Below the pieces are notes generated by a model. It made no database searches and had not been told where the DNA came from. It saw only the letters and a program-made list of their open reading frames with translations. A stretch of 64,000 nt of DNA, from the NCBI RefSeq assembly GCF_009914755.1, contig NC_060941.1; one strand, given 5' to 3'. Positions 34,018 to 47,818 of this stretch are shown here, in pieces. Source of the DNA: the human T2T-CHM13v2.0 reference genome, Homo sapiens. The position numbers and the translations under genes were made by a program. Position 1 is the first letter of the stretch; every line of letters starts with the position of its first letter.

Positions 34018-35548
34018 TTAATTCAGGTATATAAATGGCCAAGGTAGAAGATATCAAAATGAGGTGGATTTGATTTCTCATGTGAGACTCATAGCTAATT
34101 TAAATGAAAATTTAAATAAGATTTATTTGACATGATTGGGAACAATTCAATTCAACTTTACAAACACTGATTAAATGTCTACCATCTGGTAGGCACCGTG
34201 CTAAGTGAGTCTCCAAACCTGAACTGTGATTATAAAGGGCATTTATAAACTTTCCCTCAAAGATAGGACATTTGCCCATGTAATCATGCCATCTTTAAAA
34301 GCATCACTCTAAATTATTTAGGTGACTTCTAACTTTGCCCAGTACTCTGTCCCCAGCACCTAGGATTGCACCTGGAAGATGAGAAGCACTTATTAGGTAT
34401 TTGTGGTGTAAATAGGGAATGACTGAAGCAGTACCTCTAACCCAAAACCCTAACATGAAAGAGCAGACTGTAGTATCTGAAAGCCAATTTGTAGTAGGGT
34501 TACTATCAATCCTCAGTAACAGACCAAGGAGAATATTTTAGAAAAAACTGGCCTAAAATAAATGTCAGCTAGTAATCTATTTCTTGACGATTTGGGCTTT
34601 AGCTAGTTAATTGTGGAATTTCTCTGTTCTGATTACATAATTTCAAAGGAGATAAGTTAGAAAATAGACTTTATTCACACTAAAAAATGGCAGTGTCAGA
34701 GATTTACATGGAACTCTGGAGAGGCAGAAATGTTTGCCCCCTTTTTCTATGGATGTGAAGGAGCAAGGGCCTGTTTTCCCTTTAGCATATGGTTACTAGA
34801 CAAGACTATGGGTAGGGAAGTCTCAGGGGCGATGATGATGTGTTCCTCTTCTAACACAAATTTCTTGAACAAATATTAATAGCAAACATATTCCATGCAA
34901 ATGGAATATTCCATGCAAATGATATGTCCATATCAGCACAAAGGTCTGATAAGCACAATTGTCACCAATTACTACAGATCTGTTTATCACTTTTTTAGAT
35001 CCTGAAAAATGGAGAGTTAAAAGGATACCCATTTATTTAATGAATAAGTTTCTCTGTAATAACTAGAATTACAACTAGAATCTCTCTGTTTTCAAGGAAG
35101 TCATATGATCTGAAGAAGTACAGCAGAGTGCACAACACATTTTGTTACTGAGGATTACAGTAAAAAGTCAAGGACAAAAGCTATTTTCCATGCCAGAATT
35201 ATCAGATGCAGGAGTAAAATTCTAGCACATGAGCAAGGACTCTACATCTATTGGTTACAAATGACATCATGCTTTCTAAAGAATCATGCTCATTTTTCCT
35301 GTTTCTACCAAATTGCATAGTCTGGAGCTCCCTCTCCTGGATTAACATGATTTTATCAATTTCTTCATACTATAAACCAGAGAGGCAGAATTTATCCACA
35401 GCAACAAATCATTTAATGAATGTTTATGACTTTTCTTTCTTATTAAAGGGGACATTCTTTTATCCCAACATATAAAGTCGTTGAACTCCATCAAACAATA
35501 AGGAGAACCTCACAGATAAAAGGAAGAAGGTGTCATTAAACACATTAC

Positions 35549-35719
35549 CTTTCGGCTGGAAAAATGGGCGTGTTTGCCCAATTTACTGTTAAGTGCTTCA
35601 AGAAACATTTCATCGGTGACTTTGCCGACATTCATGCAAGCATCATCAAGGATTGCAATGATCCCTTTGTGCTGTTGCTCCACGAGGTCAACAATGATCT
35701 GATTGTTGAAGTAGTCAAT
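35549..35719 (-). CDS. MYO1D: Myosin-Id coding exon 11 (171 nt)
   Basis: [57 protein letters not shown]. Confidence 0.97.
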
Positions 35720-36169
35720 CTGTAGGACACAGCAAGGAGGGAATTCTGAAGAGAACAGTGACCAGGCCAGGTTAAACCCTGATGCCCCCATTTGTATCAG
35801 GAGTTCAGGTAAAACTACTTTGGTGTCAAATGTGTGAATAACATTAAAGAGGTCTTACGCTAAAAAGAGTACACATTCTAACAGAGGTTTATTTTTAAAT
35901 TCCTTTGTTAACTTTCTATCATGAAATACACCGTCTGAGATTAGTACAGCCCAAGGCAAAGATAATAAGGTAGACACCATTTCTCCCATTACAAACTCAT
36001 TTTAATCCTGCCTCCAGATCCCACACCCAACCCTACTCCTTCATACCAATCTGCCTGCCATTAACTGTAAGGTCCACCTTCCACAAAGGGCCAACAAATA
36101 ACCTTAAAGTATTATCTGATATACTACTTCATAATAAAGTTAAGGTACTACACAAAACTTGCAATTTTA

Positions 36170-36647
36170 TAAAAGTAGGGTACAAGTTAAATGTTTAGTT
36201 CTAGAAATTTTGTGCAATATGTTCATAACGATGGCTGCAGTTGCCACAAAGTGCCTCGTTTACCTTTAAATACTGTTAATGTGTCACGCATGCAGATGGA
36301 AGGGGTGGAACTGTGCACTAAAGTGGGGGCTTTAACTGTAGTGTTTGGCAGAGTTGCCTTCTACCTGCCAGTTCAAAAGTTCTGTTTTCATGCAGAATAT
36401 ATATACTAAAAAATTTCAGTCTTTTAAACAGCCTTACTCTGATTCAGCCTCTTCAGATACTCTTGTGCTGTGCAGTAGTGGCTCTATGTGTAAATGCCAT
36501 GCACTGAGGGTACACAAAAATATCAACATTATGTGTACAGGATAATGCCTCATCCCAATCAGATGTCCATTTGTCATTGTGTTTGTTAACAACCCTTTAT
36601 CTCTTAGTGTTAAATAAACTCCACTTAAAACGGAAAAAAAAAAAAAA
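36170..36647 (+). pseudogene. 5'-truncated processed retrocopy of an mRNA 3' end, recognised as the distal PTEN 3'UTR
   Basis: A14 tail at 36634-36647, AATAAA at 36613-36618, flanking direct repeat AACTTGCA(A/T)TTTTA at 36156-36169 and 36649-36662; body matches my recollection of the PTEN mRNA terminus (TGCCACAAAGTGCCTCGTTTACC...CCCTTTATCTCTTAGTGTT..AAACTCCACTTAAAAC). Confidence 0.85.
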
Positions 36648-37335
36648 GAACTTGCATTTTTAGTTACATGACCCTGAATGACTAAAATCCAAAAGAGCAT
36701 TTCTTTTGGTTTCCCCAAAGTTAAAAAGCTTCAATAGAATTTTGAACAATTTGAAAAAATTCAGTAGAATTTTTACATTTTTCTAGGCATAATATAAAGA
36801 ATTTAATTCTGAGAAATAAATATCTATAAAAGATAAGAAAAAGCTTTTCCTTTACTTCCACAAGGTGAATGAAGTTATAAATAACTTCTGGCTTTTCAGC
36901 AACTATACATGTACAAGGTTTGTCCAACAATCCTCTGCCACACCTGTTTATTCTGACAGCCTGCAATGTACCTATCACTACACACAGAAGGCACACAAAG
37001 AAAGGCCAACTCAGGCAAGCTGCACATCTCAAAGAGGGGCAGCTTATGATCACACAGTTTAATCTTGCTATGTCCCATCTTACGCAGGAGTTACCTAAAC
37101 TGATTGCTGTCTCCATTACCTTCTATAAGGTCTATATACTCATAATAGACCATTCAAGTGACTCATGTATTCCCATTTCATGCTTTAAAATCCAAGGTTT
37201 TATGCCAGTTATTTGTACATGGCTTTTAGCTCCATTTCTAGTCTTGCATGTTCTCTTCTGTATCTTATGGACTGAAACCTGTAAACTGGGTAGTTTTTAC
37301 TTTGTTTTTTATACTTTTCTGATCTGTCTAAACTA

Positions 37336-37552
37336 AAGTTTCTCAAATAGGGGAATAGGGGGAATTTTGCTCACCAGGGGACATTTGGCAATATCAGGAG
37401 ACATTTCTAGTCAAAATGGGGTAGGGGTGCTACTGTCATTTGGTGGGTAGAGGCCAGGGGTGCTGCTAAACATCCTACAATGCATAGAACAGCCTCCACA
37501 ACAAAGAACTATCTGGCACAAAATCTCAGTAGTACTGAGGTGAAGCAGTGTA
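37336..37552 (+). mobile_element. MER20 (hAT-Charlie) DNA transposon
   Basis: GGGGACATTTGGCAAT...GGGTAGAGGCCAGGGGTGCTGCTAAACATCCTACAATGCA. Confidence 0.85.
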
Positions 37553-38089
37553 GGTCTAAATATTTACTTTCATTATGGGCATTTATTACATTTCTAATTA
37601 GGGAGAAAAGTTATTTCCATCTTTGGAAAAAAAATCCTAAAAATACTCAAAAAGCAGGAGCTCTATATTAATAGTTGACATCTTAGACTTCGGGACTGTG
37701 AAATTAAAGACGAAGTCTTTTGTCCCAGGGACTAAAGAATTACCTTCCCTAAAATCCCAATTATATTATTAAAAGCTATTGGTCTCTGCTAGTAACTTTC
37801 AGTTTGTAAGTTTAATACTGCTTCAAACATTGCTTAAACCAGTAGTTTTCAAACTAAGTTCTTCCAGCAACTTGGCATTCCCGTAAGGTTTCCTAAGGGA
37901 TACCAGGAGCCAGAAGACTTGTGATGGGGTAGCTTAGGGACATGGGGCTCTGGCCTTTCATACCCACTCCAGATAAAACAGCTTTGTGCTTGAGTATCAA
38001 GTTCTCAATAGATAAAATGATTTGCAAACTACAGCATCGAAAGCTTTTAAAAGTGAATGTACCAGATAACCAGACATTATGAACCTCCT

Positions 38090-38785
38090 GGTGGAAGTTC
38101 ACACACAGTCTATGAAATGGGCTGTGGAAAAAAACTGACTCTGAATCCAGTCAAGACTCTAGATCTAACAACCAATATACAGGACATACAAGAAACAGAG
38201 AAACATATTAAATGGCACCTGAGGAATGCAATTAGCAAAATCCAGACTGTGGGGAACTCCATAACAAATGACTCATTCTCTTCAACACAAGATTGCAAAG
38301 AGAGATCATTCAAGGAAAAAAAGAAACATGGAGAAAATCTATAGATATGCAAGAGACCTATCAATCAATCATAATGTAAGAAACTTATTTGGATCCAAAT
38401 TTAACCTGCAAAACAACAACCAGAAGACAATTAAGGAAATATGAAACATGTATACTGACTGGATATTTTATGATATTAAGGAATTTTTGTTAATGTTTTA
38501 GGTATGATAATGGCATTGTGATTATGGTTTTTGTAAAACTCTCTTAGAGAAATACATGGAAATATTTACTGAATAGATACCCAATTGAATAGATGAAATA
38601 ATGTGATATCTGAAATTTGCTTCAAAATAATCTGGGAGTAGGTGGGTATAGTACAGATGGCATAAGACTGGCAATCAACTGGTACGTGTTAAAGCCAGGT
38701 GATGGGTATATAGGGTTTACTGTACTATAGTCTGTCTTCTTAATGTGTGTTTAAAATTTTCCATAATAAAAAATCTTTTAAAAAG
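38090..38785 (+). mobile_element. L1MC-type 3' end
   Basis: GCAAAATCCAGACTGTGGG, GGATATTTTATGATATTAAGGAATT, TTTCCATAATAAAA. Confidence 0.7.
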
Positions 38786-40346
38786 AATCACTATGTTTAG
38801 AAGTTTGGGGTTTTACCCAGAATAGAGATTCTAATTGTGGGGGGATCTGCCATGTAGTAAGTAACTGTTACCTTGGAGTTAGCCTTCTGCTCCCTCTAGG
38901 ACAAATAGTTCTTGGTTTATTTAGCGAAAATTTTTTGCATTTTGGGATTCTTAATTCTTTTTGAGATGTTTGGAACAGTCCACTGCATTACTTACCCTGT
39001 TGTCAATTATGTCTGTGAAATTTGATATTCTGATTGTGAAAGGATATTTTTGACTAGTACCTTGGAATCACATTTGAATAACAAGTTTTATGATTAAATT
39101 TGGTATTAAAAATCCAAGCTTCAGTTATACCGTGTATTATATTATACAACAGTTTCATTCTTAGAAAGCTTCATATACACTTAATTGAACTGAATTAAAT
39201 TTTAATTGTATTAGGAGAGTTCATTATTTAAGTCAAACTATAGATAATTCTTATATAAAATAGCCCTTTGGTTTATATGCAGATAGGTAAAATTTATGCC
39301 AATATACCTGAGCAACTGTTTTATGGTATTCTAACGTTTAACACATGATGGAAGGCAGATACAATTTTGAGGCGGGAAAGCTATTTGTTATATCATTGTC
39401 TCTTTATTTCAGAATGAGAGGAAATAGAAAATAGGTAGGAAGGAAGATAAAAGTCATTTAAATATAGTATTTCAAATATTTTTTTGCTGCTATTATATTG
39501 GATAACAAAAAACAAATACTGGCTTCATTTCTATTCTCTGGCAAGAGGATGAACAATCATATAAACTCAAACTACAGAAACTTAAAAGTTTTTGTATTTT
39601 TCAAGTTTATTCTCAAAATTGCTTAAAAATACAAACTTACAAGAAAAATTACTATGTCTCATTTCTATCATAAACAGAAGGTCTTATCACAGGAAATTTA
39701 AAAACCAAACAAGTCATGCCTTTTAGCTTTGATCTCTGTGGTTTGCACTGTGCACCCATTATACTTTCCAGCTATATCTTACCAGATTAGTTTGCCTCTG
39801 ACAAATACAAAAGTTCCCAAAGATTGATTAGAGTAGAGGTGATAATTGAAGTGTAATACACAAGAAAATGCAAAGTAAAACAAGTATTTTAATGTGTAGG
39901 TTTCAGAGAATATAAACAACATTAACTGAAGACAATAAAATACCATATAGTCTACAAAGTAGAAGAGGAGAAAAAGGAGGAAAAAGGGAAGAAGAAACTA
40001 GATTCTGAAGCAAAGTTCAGCCAATTTAAGGTATAACTTAATAAAGTATGCTAAACCTAACAGACAGATATAAACCAGTAAGTCCACGTGGTAGCAGCCA
40101 TAAAGTGAAAACAGGTTTACTGGTTCTAACTCAGGATGTTCTGGGCATCAACAAGGCAGTCTATCAAATTATAGCAATCCCACCTAAAAATGATGAAATT
40201 AATTGTATTTACATATCCCAAAAAGGAAAGCTAAGGTTCAGATGTTTCAAATACCCCCAAAAGATCAAGAAATACCTAAAATAAAATTTGACATTATCAA
40301 TAATATGAGAAACACATGAAGGCATTTTCCATAAGAGTCCACTCAC

Positions 40347-40461
40347 ATGTTTCCAGGGGATCCCTTCCCGCTGGTATTCCTCTTGTTCTTGCTTCAGAAC
40401 CAGCTGAATAAATAGCTGCTGCAGTTTCTCATTGCAGTAATTGATACAGAATTGTTCAAAA
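40347..40461 (-). CDS. MYO1D: Myosin-Id coding exon 10 (115 nt), relay helix
   Basis: [38 protein letters not shown]; CAT|GTGAGT donor. Confidence 0.97.
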
Positions 40462-40538
40462 CTACAAGAAAAGGAATAAATTAAGTTTCAACAAATAGAA
40501 AACAGGCAACAAGGTTTTAAGTATCTTTTCCAGTTTAC

Positions 40539-40684
40539 CTGTTGTTGTCAAAGATTTCAAAGCCATAGATATCCAAGACACCAATAACAGTGTTTTTCCC
40601 ATGGATTGTGGTGTCATAGTTCTTGACCTCAATAATATCATTGATGCGAGTAACGATCCAACAAAAAAGGCGCTCATATATTGC
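40539..40684 (-). CDS. MYO1D: Myosin-Id coding exon 9 (146 nt), switch II DIYGFE
   Basis: [48 protein letters not shown](S); GT-AG boundaries. Confidence 0.97.
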
Positions 40685-41379
40685 CTGCAAGGAAAATAGC
40701 ATCATAAATGCTTGCCAATTTGGGAATGAGTCCTCTGTTTGGATTTGTGATCAGTTTTAAATTCCTGTCCACCTTCTCACTGTTTAGCATAGCCATTACT
40801 GGCCTCAGCAGAACAAATGAAAATGTAGACTGTCCATTTAAAAAAACCCAAACTACCTGATGTATGCAAAACTAAAGTAAATAGCTTGTATTTTTAAAAG
40901 ATTATTACCGGTCATTATACCAATTCCAACGACACTCTCCAGGCATGTTTCCCTGCCCGGCTATATCAATAGTTTGCCTGATCCCTTGAATAAGCCAGTT
41001 CATTGCTTTATTATTAATTTCATCAACTATAAAGAGTTGAGAGCTAGTGAGTTAATATCTATGATCCACTAAAGCTATATGAATTCTAAAAAATATAAAT
41101 ATTGATTTCTAATGCTAAATGAAGATCTGAGCCAAAGATCAAGGGTTGAAATTCCCTGAGAATCGAACACACATCCAATGCACAAGAACACACACACTAA
41201 GCCACACATGGACAAAGGTGCCACACGCTAACACACATTCACATCCCGATACACATGTGCTCTGCAACGTCACATCGTTAGAAAACCTTCCTTAACGTCT
41301 CCTGCCAGCTACCCACTCTCTTCACCCATATCCATTACCTCCCCTTTACTCTTCAATCCACTCCAGTCTCCACTTACAT

Positions 41380-42640
41380 CCTATTACTCCATTGAAATGG
41401 CTCATCAAAGACTCCCAGCACCTCTACATAGATATTTCTCGTACCTCATATGGACATCTTGCTCTGTCGCTCAGCATCACTCAACCTAGGTTTTCACTGC
41501 CTTCTTGGAACACTCTTCTCTCTGGATTTCGGATAACAGCCTTTCTGAATTTTACTCTTTGTTCACTGGATGTTCCTTTTTGGTGACCTTTGGTAGAGTC
41601 TCCTCTTCTACCTGACTTGTAAAAGTTGGAGTTCTTCCTGGTCCTCTTCTCTTCACTCTCTAGCACCTTCTAAATCATCTCACCCAGGATTAAATAATAC
41701 AAATATAATATGACTCCCAAAAGTATTATCCAAATCCAGACTCAGAGAACAGTCTCTGAGCTCCTGACTCAAGAGCTTGACTGTCTACCTGACACTGACT
41801 CTTCAATGGCTCACAGCCATCTCAAACTCAAAGGACTCTTGATCTTTCCTCTTCCAACAACTGTTCCTATCCTACTTTTAGCCACAAATAAATAGCACCA
41901 CTTAGAAATTCACTGATTTATTCAACAAATATTTGCCGAATACTTATTATATATAGTTTGTTAGAGATACAGGTCTAGGCAAACACAAACATGGTCTCAA
42001 TGTCCAAGAAACTTAGGGAATAGAGTGAAGGAAAAAATTATTCTCTCTGTCTCTCTCACTTGCCCCCCACCTCGCAGATAAACATCCACACTAAAGGAGA
42101 GGTACATGGGGTCTTAGGGAAATTTAATCTATGCAGTGCTCAGGAAGGTTAGGGAAGGCCTCTCTGGGAAAGTGATACTTGAGACCAGAAGGATGAGTAA
42201 GAGGTAGCCAAGCAAGAGAGGAGAGAAGAGCAGTCCAAGCAGAGGGAACAGATGTGCACAGGCCCTGTGACTGGAAGGAGAAAGGGATCAGGATAATCTG
42301 TGAGGACTGAGAGAAGACTAATGTGCTGGGCTGAAGAAAGGGGGGCTGGGTATAGTATAAAATGAGGTGGGAGAGGTGGGCTGGAGCCAGACCATGTTAA
42401 AGTATTATTCTTGCTTCTCTCATTCTCCACATAATAGGTCCTATGGATTTTATTTTCTCAACACAGTCCATTTCAAATCATCCTCCTCTCCCCATTTGTA
42501 CTTTCACCTTTCTGATTCAAGCTGCCCTCATCTCTTTCCTGGATTAACAAAATATCCCCTTAATTGACCTCTTTGCTTCCATTCTTACTCTAGCCCCCAT
42601 AACATTCTCCATACTAAGGCCAGAGTGATCATTTTAAAAA
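41380..42640. mobile_element. L2 fragments in both orientations
   Basis: TTTATTCAACAAATATTT, GGGAAGGCCTCTCTG, AGCAGAGGGAACAG motifs. Confidence 0.6.
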
Positions 42641-42649
42641 TGCAAACTT

Positions 42650-43253
<604 letters not shown>

Positions 43254-43646
43254 GGCAAACTTGATGTCATTGCCCCTCCTTAAAGTCCTCCCTATTGCTC
43301 TCCATTGCACTTAGGAAAAATTCAAATTCCCCCAAAACTAAAAACCAAGCCTAAGACTTACAAGAGTAAAAAATGAAATAGACAGTAAACTAATCAACCA
43401 GCAAAACAACAACAACGAAAGTTAGACGTGAGAAAATACAACGCTTGCCACACAGATAACAAAGGGTTAAAGTTTATGATATGCTAAGAACACTTAGAAA
43501 TTGACAATAAAAAGATAACAGCTCCAAAGAAAAATGCACAAAAGATATACCCAGGCAATTCTTAGAATATGTTAAAATACTCTACAAAAATATGATAAGA
43601 TGCTCAAATATACTAGTAATGAAATAAAAGTAACAATAAAACATTA

Positions 43647-44129
<483 letters not shown>

Positions 44130-44185
44130 TTAAGAGTAAGGTGGTTAAATAAATTGTGGTACTATCACTGCAGGCTTAGTACACA

Positions 44186-44636
44186 GCCCTGGAGGACATT
44201 ATGCTAAGTGAAATAAGCCAGGCACAAAAAGACAAATATTGTGTGATCTCACCTATATGCAATCTGAAAAAGTCAAACTCATAGAAGCAGAGAATAGAAT
44301 GGTGATTACCAGAGGCTAGAGGAGCGGGGTGGATGGAGAAAGTGTGAGACGTTAGTCAAAGGGTAAAGTTTCAGTTAGACAGGAAGAATAATTTGTGGTG
44401 ATCCACTGCAAAGCGTGGTGACTGTTAATAATAATACTAATAATATTGTTTCAAATTGCTAAGAGTGGATTTTAAATGTTCTCACCACAAATAAATGGTA
44501 AGTAGGTGAGGTAAGAGGTATGCTAATTAGTCTGATCTGATCATTCCATAATGTGTACATGTCCTGAAATATCCCACTGTACCCATAAACATATACAATT
44601 ATTGTCAATTAAAAATAAATAAAACTTAAAAAAAAT
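44186..44636 (+). mobile_element. L1MA-type 3' end
   Basis: CCTGGAGGACATTATGCTAAGTGAAATAAGCCAGGCACA...GTCAATTAAAAATAAA. Confidence 0.8.
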
Positions 44637-44932
44637 GGATCAGAGCTCAGTCAGTTGACTCTGGCGAAGCATTATTGAGTGAGAGAAGCAGCACGTGAAG
44701 CCCTCATGAGCGCCACCCCCAGTCAGCTTCCACTCTTCTCAGAACCTTTTTTGGCAGTGATGCTTACTTACATCTGGGAGTTTTACCGAGGCTTGTATGG
44801 CCAGAAAGTATCATTATGGTTTCTAAAAGCCTTAACCCTCTTTCAAGAATGTCTGAATACATGCTCACAGGATTTCACTCAATTTGCAACTGCGATCAAC
44901 ACCAGGTGACATAGGGTCAGTTACACTCTCAC

Positions 44933-45136
44933 CTTGGCAAAGGCGTCTCTGCCGTAGCTGGCCTCTTGTTCTGTGTGCTGCTTGTCAATGATGTCACGGC
45001 CTGTGGCCACAGTCCGGTAAAGAAGGGCTTTCTCAACCATATCTGTCTTAGTAGAGAGCAATTCTGCTATGATAGATACTACTTTGCCATTCTCAATAAG
45101 AGGCGTGTCACCATCTACTACAAATTTTAAATTTCC
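44933..45136 (-). CDS. MYO1D: Myosin-Id coding exon 8 (204 nt), TEDS-site loop
   Basis: [68 protein letters not shown]; AAG|GTGAG donor. Confidence 0.97.
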
Positions 45137-45507
45137 CTGTATCAAAAGTGAAAAAAATAACACATTATGAAACATTATGTCAAGGATATATTTGCCAATA
45201 TAAAATACAATTCAGGTGACCTTGTTTGTACCTATTTTCCTAAATACATTATACATCTCAACATATAAAAACAGTGTTTCATCTACTTTTTCCCTTTCTC
45301 CGGACACTCATCTATCTTTTTGCTTTCAGTGTATGTTTTTGATAGATAAAAGTTTTACATTTTTATGTAATCGAATCTATGAATCTTTTGCCTTAGGGTC
45401 TCTCTTTCTTTGGTGTCATACTTAGACCATTCCTACTCCAAAGGGTTTATGAGCATTTGATGCTTTCCTCTAATGCTTTTATAGTTTTTGTTTTCCTTAA
45501 ACTTTTT

Positions 45508-45812
45508 ATTTTATTTATTTATTTATTTTTGAGACAGAGTCTCGCTCTGTCGCCCAGGCTGGAGTGCAAGTGGTGCGATCTTGGCTCACTGCAAGCTCTG
45601 CCTCCTGGGTTCACGCCATTCTCCTGCCTCAGCCTCCTGAATAGCTGGGACTACAGGTGCCTGACACCACGCCCAGCTAATTTTTTGTATTTTTAGTAGA
45701 GACAGGGTTTCACCATGTTAGCTAGGATGGTCTCGACCTCCTGACCTCATGATCCACCCACCTCGGCCTCCCAAAGTGCTGGGATTACAGGCGTGAGCCA
45801 CCGCGCCTGGCC
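45508..45812 (-). mobile_element. AluY
   Basis: TSD TTTTCCTTAAACTTTTT at both flanks. Confidence 0.92.
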
Positions 45813-45953
45813 TTTTTCCTTAAACTTTTTAATCCATCCACAATTGATTTTGGTACATGGTATCAAGTAAGAATCTAACTTTATTTTTCACATGATTAGT
45901 TGCTCTAACGGGACTTATTGAACAGTCTAGCTTTTTCTGATTTGAAATGTCAC

Positions 45954-46240
45954 CTTTTTTTTGAGACAGGGTCTGTCACCCAGGCTGGAATGCAGTGGTG
46001 CACCATGGCTCACTGCAGCCTCAACGTCCCAGGCTTAAGCGATCCTTCCACCCCCAGCCCCTCTAAATAGCTGGGACTACAGATGCGTGCCACCATGCCT
46101 GGCTAATTTTTGTATTTTTTGTATAGATGGGGTTTTGCCATGTTGCTCAGGCTGGTCTTGGAACTCCTGGGTTCAAGCAATCTGTCCACCTCAAACTTTC
46201 CAAAGTGCTGGGATTACAGGTGTGAGCAACCCCGCCCAGC
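45954..46240 (-). mobile_element. AluJ
   Basis: TSD TGAAATGTCACCTTTTT at both flanks. Confidence 0.9.
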
Positions 46241-46568
46241 TGAAATGTCACCTTTTTAATATGTTAAATCTCCTCAAGTGTTTGAGTCTATTTATATTCC
46301 ACTCATTCAATAAGCAATACATACTTATAACCATCTACCAAATGTCCAGCACATTAACCAATCAGTTGATTAATCTGTTGATCTGGTGCTGAACTTGTGC
46401 AAAGTTATAAAGTACTATAGCTTTTACTATCATTTTAAGTTTGGTAGAACTAGTCATGTTCCCTCTCCTCCCTTACCCTACCCTATACGACACTTCTTTA
46501 ATATACTTTATTTGATCTTTTTCCAGGTAAATTCTAGAATCAACAGGTCAAGTTAAAAACAAAATAAA

Positions 46569-46963
<395 letters not shown>

Positions 46964-47701
46964 CTAAAGTCTTCCTAGTCAGGAACATTTATTGTTTATA
47001 TTGCTATATAATATTTTTCATAAAGATCCTGCACATTTCTGATTCATTTAGAGTTAAATCTTGCTATATTAAGTGAAAAGTAATTTTTATTCCAGATTTG
47101 AATCCATGTTGTCATTCTTATTGTAAGATTATATGTTCAGTGTATTTTAAGTATCTCTAATTATATAAATGTTAATGAAAGAAATCTAACACACAGTTCT
47201 TCACTTCTAAGTTTGGTGTGGTATAGTGGGAAACAAGTGGCCCAAAAGTGGTCTATGGTGTTGGCTCTGGGATGAGCTGGCTGTGCCTTTGAGGTAGTCA
47301 TGCCACCCATCAGGGCTATTTCCCAATCTGTAAAATGAGATGATTAAAAATCCAGTTCCGATAACCTATGATTCTATGTTTCAAATGCCACTAGAAATTT
47401 ATACCACTAGTAGTCACATCACTGCTGAATTCCTTTATCCTTAAAATTAACCAGTTCAAAGTTTGACAATACCAGTAAGACAATCAACTGAAGTAGTAGT
47501 CTCCAACCCTATAGTAGCTTGGAAAATCCCTCATAATATTATAAAATGATGGCAAGAACCACAGACATAGTAATTTCTTCAAAATACGTACAAAATTTTC
47601 TCTGAATACTTTTTAAATCTACAGGGAAAAAACAAAATCTTCTGAGAAAGCATCCTGTTCTCAGCAGAAGACAATACATTCTGAGAGGTGTCCCTACTCA
47701 C

Positions 47702-47818
47702 CAAGTGCAGAATAGCAGCCAAAATCTTATACACTGTTTGGATCTCCTCAGGTTTGAAGCCAATGACTTTCATGGCATCAGCAACAACTCTGAATTCGGC
47801 AGCATCATTGATAGAAGA
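47702..47818 (-). CDS. MYO1D: Myosin-Id coding exon 7 (117 nt)
   Basis: [39 protein letters not shown]; TTG|GTGAGT donor. Confidence 0.97.

Noticed and set aside
34888-34922. Duplicated ATATTCCATGCAAATG with octamer-like ATGCAAAT motifs
   Set aside because: A short slippage duplication explains it; a motif match alone is not enough evidence of POU-factor binding.
36434-37336. 94-138 aa ORFs over and beside the retrocopy
   Set aside because: No motif; one crosses the poly(A)/TSD junction, so these look like chance frames.
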